Positions 18,514-27,609 of a stretch of 64,000 bases of DNA are shown in pieces. A model generated the notes under the pieces. It was not told where the DNA came from and made no database searches. It was given only the letters and a program-made list of their open reading frames with translations. The translations under genes and the position numbers were made by a program. Source of the stretch: a bacterium (lineage in GTDB: Bacteria > Patescibacteriota > Patescibacteriia > Patescibacteriales > GWE2-39-37); contig JBAWWA010000003.1 of the NCBI GenBank assembly GCA_037146995.1, positions 24,663 to 88,662 on the forward strand, in the 5' to 3' direction. Numbering within the stretch: the stretch's first letter is position 1; each line of letters opens with the position of its first letter.

Positions 18514-19767
18514 ATGGGAAATCCCAAACAACAGAACCCACAAACACCACCAGTCCCAAGAAGAACACTCCACGTTTTTGCAGGCACACCACACAAAATT
18601 GCGGTCAATCAGTATCGAACACACATCACTGGCAAGGTCTGTTTCGACGGTGTCGATGATAGCACTGCATCAATCTGGGTCAAAGAAAATGGTCTCGATA
18701 TTCACTCGGTCACTGGCAGGCTCAATTACGACTATGTCAAAGACGCGACTGACGTCGAACAAAACATCCAACTCATTATTGAGTCGGGAGTTAACAGCGA
18801 GGCAATTAACGTTGTCATTCCTATAAAAGATGCCACTGCAGTCGCCCCTAGACCCAACGAACCGGAGACACTTTTAATGTCTACGAGCTGCGGCATAGTT
18901 TTTGCTAGCGTCCTAACTCATACGGGCCTGGGACTGCCAAACATTCGCGTGCAGTTCCGGATAAACGGACATGCCGAATACGCCGACACTGACGGTGAAG
19001 GTAATTGCCAACTTGACTGTACAAGGTTTATTATAAACCAGCGAGTCAAAGTTTATGGACGCGTCTCTCAAATCGTTCATGAAGCCTGCGTAACACTTGA
19101 CGCATCGGGCAATGCACCAACCCCGCTAACTGGCAGCTTTTGGGAAAAATTCAAAAATCGAATTCACCCAAGAGCCAACAACTTTCGGGCTAACTGGGGC
19201 ATGTTGGCCACTATCCTTTGGCTATTTGTCTGCTTGTCTGTCGGTTACGGTAAACCAGTAATTCAGGAATACCTACCTACATTTCAGGCAAATGAAGTTG
19301 ACCTCAGTCAAGAAGCTAGAGCTGCTAGAAAAAAAGCAGTCTCACTAGGACTAGAAGCCGAGTCTCAACCCATCAAGTACGAACAGACTGAAAAGTACAA
19401 CCCGGTCGCCGAAAAAATCAGAGGTGGCATGTGGTTACTTCTTGGCCTGATGCTCGCATTTTTCCCTATCTACTGGTTGCTGTCCTGGCGCGAAGAAATC
19501 GCAGAAGTAGGTCGAGAAACGCTACACGCAATGCTCGACAATCATCGCGATCGCGCTGACGATCCGTTTTTTGAAAAGTTCGGCAAATGGTTCGGTTCTG
19601 TCAGTACAGCCAAAAAAACCAGTCATAGTAGCACGTCTAGTTCAGCCACACCTACCACTACCGAGAGCACCCAAGGATCTGCCTTTATGGATTTCCTAAA
19701 AATGGACTTGATAGTAGAGCTGTTAACCTCAATGTTACCAAAGTTATTCAAAAAACTATTCAATTAA
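18514..19767 (+). CDS. hypothetical membrane protein with an N-terminal beta-sandwich-like domain
   Basis: 417 aa with an AAAGGAGGG SD 8 nt upstream. GLGLPNIRVQFRINGHAEYADTDGEGNCQL resembles carboxypeptidase-regulatory-like folds. Two TM helices (MLATILWLFVCLSVGYG, MWLLLGLMLAFFPIYWLL), a Ser/Thr-rich tract and an amphipathic tail. Confidence 0.55.
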   Translation: MGNPKQQNPQTPPVPRRTLHVFAGTPHKIAVNQYRTHITGKVCFDGVDDSTASIWVKENGLDIHSVTGRLNYDYVKDATDVEQNIQLIIESGVNSEAINVVIPIKDATAVAPRPNEPETLLMSTSCGIVFASVLTHTGLGLPNIRVQFRINGHAEYADTDGEGNCQLDCTRFIINQRVKVYGRVSQIVHEACVTLDASGNAPTPLTGSFWEKFKNRIHPRANNFRANWGMLATILWLFVCLSVGYGKPVIQEYLPTFQANEVDLSQEARAARKKAVSLGLEAESQPIKYEQTEKYNPVAEKIRGGMWLLLGLMLAFFPIYWLLSWREEIAEVGRETLHAMLDNHRDRADDPFFEKFGKWFGSVSTAKKTSHSSTSSSATPTTTESTQGSAFMDFLKMDLIVELLTSMLPKLFKKLFN

Positions 19768-19779
19768 AAGGAGCTAGAA

Positions 19780-20547
19780 ATGAAATATTTACCAATAATA
19801 CCAGCTGCATTTATCATTAGCACCCTTTTAACCATTATCGTTAGTAATCCGCTTTGGCAAATGTTCTGGCTATTATTAATAGCTGCGGCACTCATGGTTT
19901 ATGTTAAAACACCGGAGTGGATCAAAGAAAACATCGCAAGGACAATGCTATACGTAACTGTTATTGCAATCACTAATCTTGCTTTTGGTCACATCATCGG
20001 AGGCTGGTTCAAACATAATTTTCCCACCACCTATCAGATGTTGCCATCAGCCAAACAAGGAACTGACTTAAGTATTAGCCGCATAATCAAAAGTCCAAAT
20101 GCGGCCCCAATATCAATCCTTGATTTGCAAAAAATGGACCTGGCCAATGAACTGGCCAAAAAAATCGATGGCAAATCAGTAGCTGAACAAAAAGAATTAG
20201 TAGACAACTACGTCAAAGCTATTGAGGAGCTAGACAGACTAGAGGCTCGACTCGAACAAAAGAAGGCGAAGGTTATTAAATCACCATCCCTGCCCAATTT
20301 CAGAAAAGTGCAGACCACGGCATATTATACCGGCAAGATTAAACTGCCACCCAATGGTGCTAGCCCATGGTACCACTGTGAACTCGGCACTAAAGCTTAT
20401 TGGACGGATGACGGTGATTTTATTGTTCGCTATAAGGACGGCATCGAGACTGCACCAAGCACGATTAGAAACAGCGCATTGCCATTTCAATTCATTAACC
20501 GAGGCGACTCTCCCCTCGAAATAAAAACGAGAGTAGTTTCTATATAA
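19780..20547 (+). CDS. hypothetical membrane protein (3 TM, coiled coil, C-terminal beta-rich domain)
   Basis: 255 aa with an AAAGGAG SD, 12 nt after the upstream stop. No family recognised. Confidence 0.55.
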   Translation: MKYLPIIPAAFIISTLLTIIVSNPLWQMFWLLLIAAALMVYVKTPEWIKENIARTMLYVTVIAITNLAFGHIIGGWFKHNFPTTYQMLPSAKQGTDLSISRIIKSPNAAPISILDLQKMDLANELAKKIDGKSVAEQKELVDNYVKAIEELDRLEARLEQKKAKVIKSPSLPNFRKVQTTAYYTGKIKLPPNGASPWYHCELGTKAYWTDDGDFIVRYKDGIETAPSTIRNSALPFQFINRGDSPLEIKTRVVSI

Positions 20548-20567
20548 AAAAAATTGACCTTTAATAC

Positions 20568-20597
20568 GAGGAAGTCATCAAGACTTCCTCTTTTTTT
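20568..20597 (+). terminator. intrinsic terminator or attenuator
   Basis: GAGGAAGTC-ATCAA-GACTTCCTC is a perfect 9-bp stem followed by T7. Confidence 0.7.
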
Positions 20598-20625
20598 ATT
20601 TTTAAGCTTAGCGTATAATGAAAAT

Positions 20626-21030
20626 ATGAAAAAAATTCTAATTATTTTATTTTTTGCAATCCTAATTATCCAGACCAACAATGTTGCCTTAGCAGGCGAA
20701 GGTGGCGCCAACCCTGGCGGTGGTGTAACCAATAGTAACACCTCTCAAAACGTAAAGAGTAGTTTTTCAGCAAAAGATTTTAACCCACTAAAAACTATTG
20801 ACTCCTTACCTGCCTACGCCAATAAGCTTATAACCTCGCTATTGGGCGTTATCGGTTCTATCGCCTTGATAATGTTCACCTATAGCGGTTTTCGCTGGAT
20901 GACGGCGGCTGGCAACTCCAAGGCGGTCGAAGAAAGTCGCGCTACCATGCTGTGGGCAGCTCTAGGACTAGTCTTGATATTCTCTTCTTACGCCCTGGTA
21001 AAATTTGTTATCGGCGCAGCTGGCGGTTAA
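20626..21030 (+). CDS. TrbC/VirB2-like 'T4SS pilin' family small membrane protein (paralogue 2)
   Basis: From the ATG at 20626: signal MKKILIILFFAILIIQTNNVALA, a Gly-rich spacer, then GSIALIMFTYSGFRWMTAAGNSKAVEESRATMLWAALGLVLIFSSYALVKF. TATAAT (20614-20619) lies 6 nt upstream of the ATG and there is no SD. Confidence 0.65.
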   Translation: MKKILIILFFAILIIQTNNVALAGEGGANPGGGVTNSNTSQNVKSSFSAKDFNPLKTIDSLPAYANKLITSLLGVIGSIALIMFTYSGFRWMTAAGNSKAVEESRATMLWAALGLVLIFSSYALVKFVIGAAGG

Positions 21031-21047
21031 TTTACATTTGTCACTAT

Positions 21048-21075
21048 AAGCCCTACGGAAGTAGGGCTTTTTTAT
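21048..21075 (+). terminator. intrinsic terminator
   Basis: AAGCCCTAC-GGAA-GTAGGGCTT is a 9-bp stem with a GGAA tetraloop and a T-run. Confidence 0.75.
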
Positions 21076-21109
21076 TTAGTTTTATCTATATCAAATATAA
21101 TTGCTTATT

Positions 21110-21138
21110 TTGACAAATTACATTTTTTTACCTAATAT
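21110..21138 (+). promoter_or_regulatory. sigma70-type promoter upstream of lysS
   Basis: TTGACA (21110-21115), 17-nt spacer, TAATAT (21133-21138). Confidence 0.45.
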
Positions 21139-21167
21139 TAAAATATAATTGACATATACAAACATCT

Positions 21168-22658
21168 ATGACCGACCAAAAATCTACAAATGATGAACGA
21201 GCTGACCGTATCAAAAGATTAGACTTAATCAAGGAATACGGGCTCAGACCCTATGCTGATAGGTTTGACAAGCAAAACGATTGTGGCACAATTGCTAATT
21301 TGGAGATGGGCACCAAGGTTAAGTCGGCTGGGCGCGTCCGACTACTGCGAGATATGGGCAAGATTTGTTTTGTACAAATCCAGGATTTTTCTGACAAGGT
21401 GCAAGTGGTTTTTCGCGTCGGTGACATCGATCAAATTCTTTACAAGCAATTCATCAAAATCGTCAATATTGGTGATTTCGTCGGCATCGAGGGCGAAGTC
21501 TTCACCACGCAAAAAGGTGAGATTTCAATCCTCGCTAGTAATTTCACCTTTTTAAGTAAATCACTTCGTCCACTTCCAGAAAAATGGCATGGCCTAAAGG
21601 ATGACGAGCAACGCCATCGCAAGCGCTACCTCGATCTCATCATGAACGAAGAAACTCAGGCCATTTTCAAATTTAAAAGTGCCTTCTTGTGGGAGTTACG
21701 TAATTTTTACCACCAAAATGGCTTCAGTGAAATTGAGACTCCGGTCATTTGCAACAACGCCTCTGGCGCTTTAGCCAAACCCTTCATTACGCATCACAAT
21801 GCCCTCGATATTGACGCCTATTTACGCATTGCCCCGGAAATATTTCTCAAAGAGGCGGTCATTGGTGGCTACGAAAAAGTCTTTGAAATTGCCAGAGTCT
21901 TTCGTAATGAAGGTATCGACCCGAGTCATCTGCAGGACTTCACCATGATTGAACACTATTCAGCTTACTGGGATTTCAATATGAACATGGCCTTTACCGA
22001 GCAGATGCTTACTAGTGCAATTAAAAAACTAAAAGGTACACTAAAATTCAATATCCTGAATCGCAACAACGAAGAAGTGCCAGTTGATTTTTCTGGTCCT
22101 TGGTCAAAAGTTTCGTTTCGCGATTTATTAATCAAGGATTGCGGCATCGATATCGATAAATACCCAACAGTCGAGACTTTACGCAGCGAAATTACCAAGA
22201 ATAATATCGAAATCGATGAAATCGAAAAATTGGGTCGGGGTAATCTGATCGATTCATTATACAAAAAGGTCAGCCGACCGAAATTAATCAACCCGACCTT
22301 TCTGATAAATCACCCAACCGATCTCTCACCCCTCGCCCGCAAAAATGACGACAACCCGATGATTACCGATCGCTTTCAATTGGTTGTTAACAGCTGGGAA
22401 ATCGTCAATGCCTACAGTGAATTAATCGACCCGATCGATCAAGCCGAGCGCTTTGACAAACAAATGACCGCACGAGCCGGTGGCGACGAAGAGGCCATGT
22501 TAAAAGACGATGATTATGTTGAAGCCATGGAATATGGCATGCCACCAATCTCTGGCTGGGGCATGGGCGTCGAGCGCATTGTCGCCCTCCTGACCGGACA
22601 AAACAATCTCAGGGAAGTTGTGATGTTCCCCCTCATGAAACCTGACAACAAAGAATAG
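21168..22658 (+). CDS. lysS: lysine--tRNA ligase (class II)
   Basis: 496 aa with an OB-fold N-terminus, HRKRYLDLIMNEE, motif 2 FEIARVFRNEGID and motif 3 GWGMGVERIVALLTG. Confidence 0.93.
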   Translation: MTDQKSTNDERADRIKRLDLIKEYGLRPYADRFDKQNDCGTIANLEMGTKVKSAGRVRLLRDMGKICFVQIQDFSDKVQVVFRVGDIDQILYKQFIKIVNIGDFVGIEGEVFTTQKGEISILASNFTFLSKSLRPLPEKWHGLKDDEQRHRKRYLDLIMNEETQAIFKFKSAFLWELRNFYHQNGFSEIETPVICNNASGALAKPFITHHNALDIDAYLRIAPEIFLKEAVIGGYEKVFEIARVFRNEGIDPSHLQDFTMIEHYSAYWDFNMNMAFTEQMLTSAIKKLKGTLKFNILNRNNEEVPVDFSGPWSKVSFRDLLIKDCGIDIDKYPTVETLRSEITKNNIEIDEIEKLGRGNLIDSLYKKVSRPKLINPTFLINHPTDLSPLARKNDDNPMITDRFQLVVNSWEIVNAYSELIDPIDQAERFDKQMTARAGGDEEAMLKDDDYVEAMEYGMPPISGWGMGVERIVALLTGQNNLREVVMFPLMKPDNKE

Positions 22659-22669
22659 TTATTCATTAC

Positions 22670-22702
22670 AAAAAGAGACCCGCTTGCACGGGTCTCTTTT
22701 TT
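22670..22702. terminator. bidirectional hairpin terminator between lysS and leuS
   Basis: AAAAAGAGACCCG-CTTGCA-CGGGTCTCTTTTTT: a 9-bp stem flanked by A- and T-runs. Confidence 0.75.
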
Positions 22703-22712
22703 AATTACAGCC

Positions 22713-25136
22713 TTAAACTACGATACTGACCAACTTTTTTTCGACGTACACGATTTTTTTGATAGTCTGGCCAGAAATAAACTTCTGGATCTTCTCACTA
22801 GCAAGCGCTAACCTTTCGATATCTTCTTTCGTTGTACCGGCGGTAATCTCCAATTGGTCGCGCACCTTGCCATTGACTTGCACGACAATCGCAAATAAGT
22901 CATCTTCCTGATTGGCAATTGACTCTGAATATTCAGGCCAGCTGGACTTAAAAATCGACTCCTTATTCCCTAAACGTTCCCAAAGTTCATCTGTAATATG
23001 CGGAGCGAATGGAGCTAATAGCAACAATAAATTTTTATATAGCTCTCGACTGACAGTCGTTTGTCGCTCCAATTCATTCATCAAGATCATCATCGTACTG
23101 ACCGCCGTATTGAATCTGAAATTCTCAATATCACTCGAAACTTTCTTGATTGTCTGATGAGCCAACTTATTTAACTTTATATCCGTCTCAATGTCGGCAA
23201 TTTTGTATTGCAGTCGCCAAACTCGGTCCAAGAAACGACGTACCCCAATCACACCATTCGTGCTCCAGGCGATCGCTTGAGTAAATGGACCCATAAAGGC
23301 TTCATAAGTACGCATCGCATCAGCGCCATAAGCACTAATAACGTCGTCCGGATTAACCACATTATTCCAACGCTTGCTCATTTTTCGACCATCTTCCGCC
23401 ATAATCAAACCGACGTGCATCAGTTTATGAAATGGCTCCTTGGTTGTAACTACACCAATATCAAACAAGAACTTGTGCCAAAAACGAGCATACAACAAAT
23501 GTCTAGTCGCATGCTCTGCTCCGCCTACATACAGATCAACATTCATCCAATCCTTTTCTTTATCCGCATCAATCAAGCTATTTTCATTTTTTGGATCTAT
23601 ATAGCGCAAATAATACCAACATGAACCGCCCCACTGCGGCATGGTATTCGTTTCACGCTTTGCAGGACCACCGCAAGTTGGACAAGTCGTATTCACCCAA
23701 TCAGTAATGGCGGCGAGTGGTGACTCGCCAGTGTCAGTCGGCTCGTAACTTTTTACATTCGGTAAAACTACCGGCAACTGACTCTCAGGAATACCGACAA
23801 TACCGCACTTCTCACAGTGTACCAATGGTATTGGTTCACCCCAATAACGCTGACGTGAAAATACCCAGTCACGCATCTTGTAATTAACTTTGAGGCCACC
23901 CTTGCCATTACGCTCTAGCCAATCAGCCATTCTTTTGCGCGCCTCGCTAGAAGTAAGGCCTGAGTAATCAGCCGAATCTATAACGATTCCGTCTTCAGTA
24001 ATTGCTCCGTCCTCCATATCCCTGCCCCCTACATCAATAGACTTTCTGATTTCCAGGCAATATTTCTTGGCAAATTCGTAGTCACGCTCATCATGAGCTG
24101 GTACTGCCATTACTGCACCAGTACCATAAGAACCTAAAACATAATCCCCTACAAAGACGCGCACCTCCTCGTTATTAAATGGATTAATCGCCTTAATGCC
24201 CTTGAGTTCAACACCGGTCTTTTCTTTCTGAAGTTCAGTCCGTTGCAAAACAGTCTTCTTGTTCGCTAATGCAATATACTCCATGACTTCTGAATAATTC
24301 TCAATTTGTCCTTGCAATTCTTCAATCAGTTTGTGTTCGGGGGCAATCACGCAATATGTGCAGCCGAAAATTGTATCAACGCGTGTCGTATAAACCTTAA
24401 ACAATGAATCTGAATCTTCAATAGCAAAATCTATTTCCACGCCTTCAGAGCGGCCGATCCAGTTACGTTGTTGCTCCACAATCATCTCTTCCCAATCGAT
24501 CTCGTCCGAATCCAAATCATAAAGCAAACGATCTGCATAATCTGTCATTTTCAAAACCCATTGGCGAAGCGGTCGCTGCGTAATTTCAGAACCGCAGCGC
24601 TCACACTTGCCGTCCTCCAAGTCTTCGTTGGCCAAGACTGTCTTGCAAGACGGGCACCAATTTACAGGTTCATTCGACTGAAAAGCAAGACCCTTTTCCC
24701 ACATCTGAAGAAAAATCCATTGAGTCCATTTATAATAATTCGGGTCTGTCGTATCAATCTCCCGATTCCAATCATAAGTAAAACCGAACTTTTCTAATTG
24801 CTGCTTGTAACGAGCAACATTCTTTTCCACGGCCATGCGCGGATGAACCTTGTTCTTGATAGCATAATTTTCGGCTGGCAAACCAAAGGCATCCCAACCC
24901 ATCGGATGCAAAACAGAAAAGCCATTTAACATCTTGAAGCGTGCGACTACGTCAGTTGCAATATAACCCTTCGGGTGGCCAACATGAAGTCCTTCACCAG
25001 ACGGATAAGGAAACATATCAAGGATATAGAATTTTTTACCGTTTGGCTTTTCTGGCACAGTATATAAATTACTGGCATTCCAGTTTTTTTGCCACTTTTT
25101 TTCCACCTCAGCCGGGTTATAATCGTGATTTCGCAT
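22713..25136 (-). CDS. leuS: leucine--tRNA ligase
   Basis: 807 aa. HIGH-type motif PYPSGEGLHVGHPKGY, KMSKS motif GRKMSKRWNNV, and Zn-cluster-like CPSC...CERCG and CPTCGG. Confidence 0.95.
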   Translation of the reverse strand: MRNHDYNPAEVEKKWQKNWNASNLYTVPEKPNGKKFYILDMFPYPSGEGLHVGHPKGYIATDVVARFKMLNGFSVLHPMGWDAFGLPAENYAIKNKVHPRMAVEKNVARYKQQLEKFGFTYDWNREIDTTDPNYYKWTQWIFLQMWEKGLAFQSNEPVNWCPSCKTVLANEDLEDGKCERCGSEITQRPLRQWVLKMTDYADRLLYDLDSDEIDWEEMIVEQQRNWIGRSEGVEIDFAIEDSDSLFKVYTTRVDTIFGCTYCVIAPEHKLIEELQGQIENYSEVMEYIALANKKTVLQRTELQKEKTGVELKGIKAINPFNNEEVRVFVGDYVLGSYGTGAVMAVPAHDERDYEFAKKYCLEIRKSIDVGGRDMEDGAITEDGIVIDSADYSGLTSSEARKRMADWLERNGKGGLKVNYKMRDWVFSRQRYWGEPIPLVHCEKCGIVGIPESQLPVVLPNVKSYEPTDTGESPLAAITDWVNTTCPTCGGPAKRETNTMPQWGGSCWYYLRYIDPKNENSLIDADKEKDWMNVDLYVGGAEHATRHLLYARFWHKFLFDIGVVTTKEPFHKLMHVGLIMAEDGRKMSKRWNNVVNPDDVISAYGADAMRTYEAFMGPFTQAIAWSTNGVIGVRRFLDRVWRLQYKIADIETDIKLNKLAHQTIKKVSSDIENFRFNTAVSTMMILMNELERQTTVSRELYKNLLLLLAPFAPHITDELWERLGNKESIFKSSWPEYSESIANQEDDLFAIVVQVNGKVRDQLEITAGTTKEDIERLALASEKIQKFISGQTIKKIVYVEKKLVSIVV

Positions 25137-25189
25137 ATGAATATTTTATGGTTTAATATTAGGTAAAATCATAGTAAAAGTAAAGAGCA

Positions 25190-25220
25190 AAAAAAAGAGC
25201 CCAGATGGGCTCTTTTTATT
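25190..25220. terminator. hairpin terminator downstream of the ROK kinase gene
   Basis: AAAAAAGAGCCC-AGAT-GGGCTCTTTTTATTTT. Confidence 0.65.
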
Positions 25221-25230
25221 TTATTTTTTC

Positions 25231-26091
25231 TTAAGCGATCAATAGTGCTGCACCAATTGCGCCAGCCAGCTTTCCCAGCTTGGCTTTCACAACCTTTATC
25301 TCCTTGTCTCCCTGATTTTCAACTAACCCTTTGATAGTCTTTTTTATCTCAGACATAAACAACTCGCTAGCATCTGTCGCACCACCGCCAATTACTAATA
25401 CCTCTGGATCAAATAAATTTATAATATTTGCAATACCAACTCCAAGTATGCGACCAAGCTCTTCAAAAACTTCACGGGCTAAAACATCACCCGAATATGC
25501 CTCTTCAGCAAGCAAGGCTGGGTTATTCTGAGTTAATTTGTGGTAAGCACCTTCTAAATTCATGCGACTATTAAAATCAATTATCATTGCCCCCGGTTCA
25601 TTGGCAGCTCCATGACTACCTTGATAAGTCTTGCCATCAACTATCCAGCCACCACCGATGCCCGTACCGATAATCAGGCCGTAAACATTATTAAAATTTT
25701 TACCAGCACCAATGACTGCCTCACCTAAAGCGAAGCAATTTGCATCATTATCGATTTTTATCTCTATTTCGGCACCGATTTTTTCCGCCAACGTGCTAAC
25801 GCTTAGATTTTTTAAAAATGGCAGATTAGGAATATAAACTATCTTACCATCGCTAATTGCTCCAGGCACACCAATTCCTATCCCTTTAATTCGCACTTTA
25901 TCTTTCTGTGCCTGCTCCTTCAAGGGCTCAATCAAGGCATTGAGCATGACCAAAAATTTTTCCAAATCATCCTTGGGTGTCGCTAATTTTGATTCGCCAA
26001 TGACCCGCTCACCATTAAGCAAGACCGCGCCCATCTTGGTTCCGCCAATATCAACACCTATCCTGTACTCTATTTTACTAATTTTTAACAT
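25231..26091 (-). CDS. ROK family sugar kinase (glucokinase-like)
   Basis: 286 aa. GVDIGGTKMGAVLL (phosphate 1), GIGVPGAI, NDANCFALGEA and GLIIGTGIGGG are ROK/ASKHA signatures. Confidence 0.85.
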   Translation of the reverse strand: MLKISKIEYRIGVDIGGTKMGAVLLNGERVIGESKLATPKDDLEKFLVMLNALIEPLKEQAQKDKVRIKGIGIGVPGAISDGKIVYIPNLPFLKNLSVSTLAEKIGAEIEIKIDNDANCFALGEAVIGAGKNFNNVYGLIIGTGIGGGWIVDGKTYQGSHGAANEPGAMIIDFNSRMNLEGAYHKLTQNNPALLAEEAYSGDVLAREVFEELGRILGVGIANIINLFDPEVLVIGGGATDASELFMSEIKKTIKGLVENQGDKEIKVVKAKLGKLAGAIGAALLIA

Positions 26092-27085
26092 ATATTTCTT
26101 TAGCCATCTCCCAAAAAATTGGCCGGTTTTGTTTAGTTTTTTCCCAATACCACCACTCTACCCCCCAAAGATAGAACTCGTCAAATCCTGTCGTCTGAAT
26201 AAAGCTTAACATATTTTTAAATTTTTCCGGACTCATCGATTTATCACGGTCGCTTTGGCCGACCAATTGATAGGAATCTTTGCACCACGGCTCCGCTTGT
26301 AGCTCGATAACAACCCACTTTTTAGGACTGGCAAAAAACTTGGCCAAATTTTTCTTGACCTTAAAAAAAGTTGGTGAAATCGGATAATGAATATACCGAT
26401 TCAAAGCTTGTGAATATGTATCACGGTAAATACTGGTGCCAAAAATATCGGCGCGATTAGCTGCTTTGTACCACAGCGACAATTCCCCAGAATCAGTTAC
26501 GACCACCGGACGTTTATCAATGACGCGAATCAAGCTTATTTCATTATCCAAAAAATCTTGATCAAAAGTTGGACACTCACCGAAATTTGGTAAAAATGGC
26601 TCATTTTCAACTTGCCAGGCGACGATATTTTTTTTGTCTTTATATCTCTCAATAGTGGCTTTGATATAATTCAAGGTCAAATCTTGCCTTTCTTTGGTCG
26701 GTAGTGGCTTGACCCATTCAGGAAAATGACATTCTGGCCAACGAGGCAAACGACCACCGACGGCCATAATAATCCGAGCATCGCGCTTGCCCGCCTCGTC
26801 AACCAACCAATCAATATTAGTCCAATCATATACACCCTCCTCGCCTTCAATCTCGCTCCAATAGGCTGGCAATCTAATATCTCTGACTTTAAGATCGTCA
26901 AGCATGGCTAAATATACTTGTTGCCAGTCCAGTTCTAAGTCTCTTGCCTGCTTGATTGAAAACGTGACACCGTATTTTATCTGATCAGGCCTGGGTGTGA
27001 GCCCAATCGTCAAAGCTACACCCGCAAGCAATAACAAAGAAATGACAAATACCCAATTTCTTATTTTTCTTATTTTGCTTAGCAT
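26078..27085 (-). CDS. membrane-anchored clan GH-A (TIM-barrel) glycoside hydrolase-like protein
   Basis: 335 aa with an N-terminal TM anchor. IVAWQVENEPF (NEP acid/base-type motif) and the WSEIEGEEGVYDW pattern resemble GH5/GH42-type enzymes. The family was not resolved. Confidence 0.5.
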   Translation of the reverse strand: MLSKIRKIRNWVFVISLLLLAGVALTIGLTPRPDQIKYGVTFSIKQARDLELDWQQVYLAMLDDLKVRDIRLPAYWSEIEGEEGVYDWTNIDWLVDEAGKRDARIIMAVGGRLPRWPECHFPEWVKPLPTKERQDLTLNYIKATIERYKDKKNIVAWQVENEPFLPNFGECPTFDQDFLDNEISLIRVIDKRPVVVTDSGELSLWYKAANRADIFGTSIYRDTYSQALNRYIHYPISPTFFKVKKNLAKFFASPKKWVVIELQAEPWCKDSYQLVGQSDRDKSMSPEKFKNMLSFIQTTGFDEFYLWGVEWWYWEKTKQNRPIFWEMAKEIYVKN

Positions 27086-27089
27086 TTAA

Positions 27090-27527
27090 TTAATTACCGC
27101 ACATGCTACCAAAAAACGTACCTCCGGAATTACCAGTAACATTTATAACACAACCCATGACAAAATCAGCCAGCATCATTGCTGACAAGATAATTATCAA
27201 GCCAATAACTCCATTTTGTAAATACGACTTGGCTGTCTCAATTTTTTTACTATCACCACCAACCGTTAGCCACTGAAAACCGGCATACATAATTAGACCA
27301 ACAAAAATAATACCTAAAAAACCAAGCAACCGATTCAAGATCTTGGCCACCGTAACGCGGATGTCAGTCGGTTCTCCAGTCGTGTCAAAGCCATTTTTAC
27401 CAACCTCGCCCAAACCACCCTTCATTACGGTATCTTTTATGCCAGCATTAACAGCATAAAAAACCGAAAAGTTCACTAAAATCAACATGGAAAAAATCGA
27501 CAATTGCTTGGCTAATGTGGTCATCAT
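27090..27527 (-). CDS. TrbC/VirB2-like 'T4SS pilin' family small membrane protein (paralogue 3, divergent)
   Basis: 145 aa. Signal-like N-terminus, then LLGFLGIIFVGLIMYAGFQWLTVGGDSKKIETAKSYLQNGVIGLIIILSAMMLADF. The two-helix architecture matches the other two paralogues. Cys/Gly-rich tail. Confidence 0.55.
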   Translation of the reverse strand: MMTTLAKQLSIFSMLILVNFSVFYAVNAGIKDTVMKGGLGEVGKNGFDTTGEPTDIRVTVAKILNRLLGFLGIIFVGLIMYAGFQWLTVGGDSKKIETAKSYLQNGVIGLIIILSAMMLADFVMGCVINVTGNSGGTFFGSMCGN

Positions 27528-27609
27528 AAATTTCTTAAAAATATTTAAATACTAGTCTTGCTATTATACCAAATATTGTTAAAATGCTACAATATATAAA
27601 ATTTATATT

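Noticed and set aside
20487-20741. Track ORF 20487..20741(-), and the extended start 20554 for the pilin gene
   Set aside because: Both span the strong 20568-20597 terminator hairpin. The pilin signal peptide begins at the internal ATG at 20626, directly after a TATAAT box.
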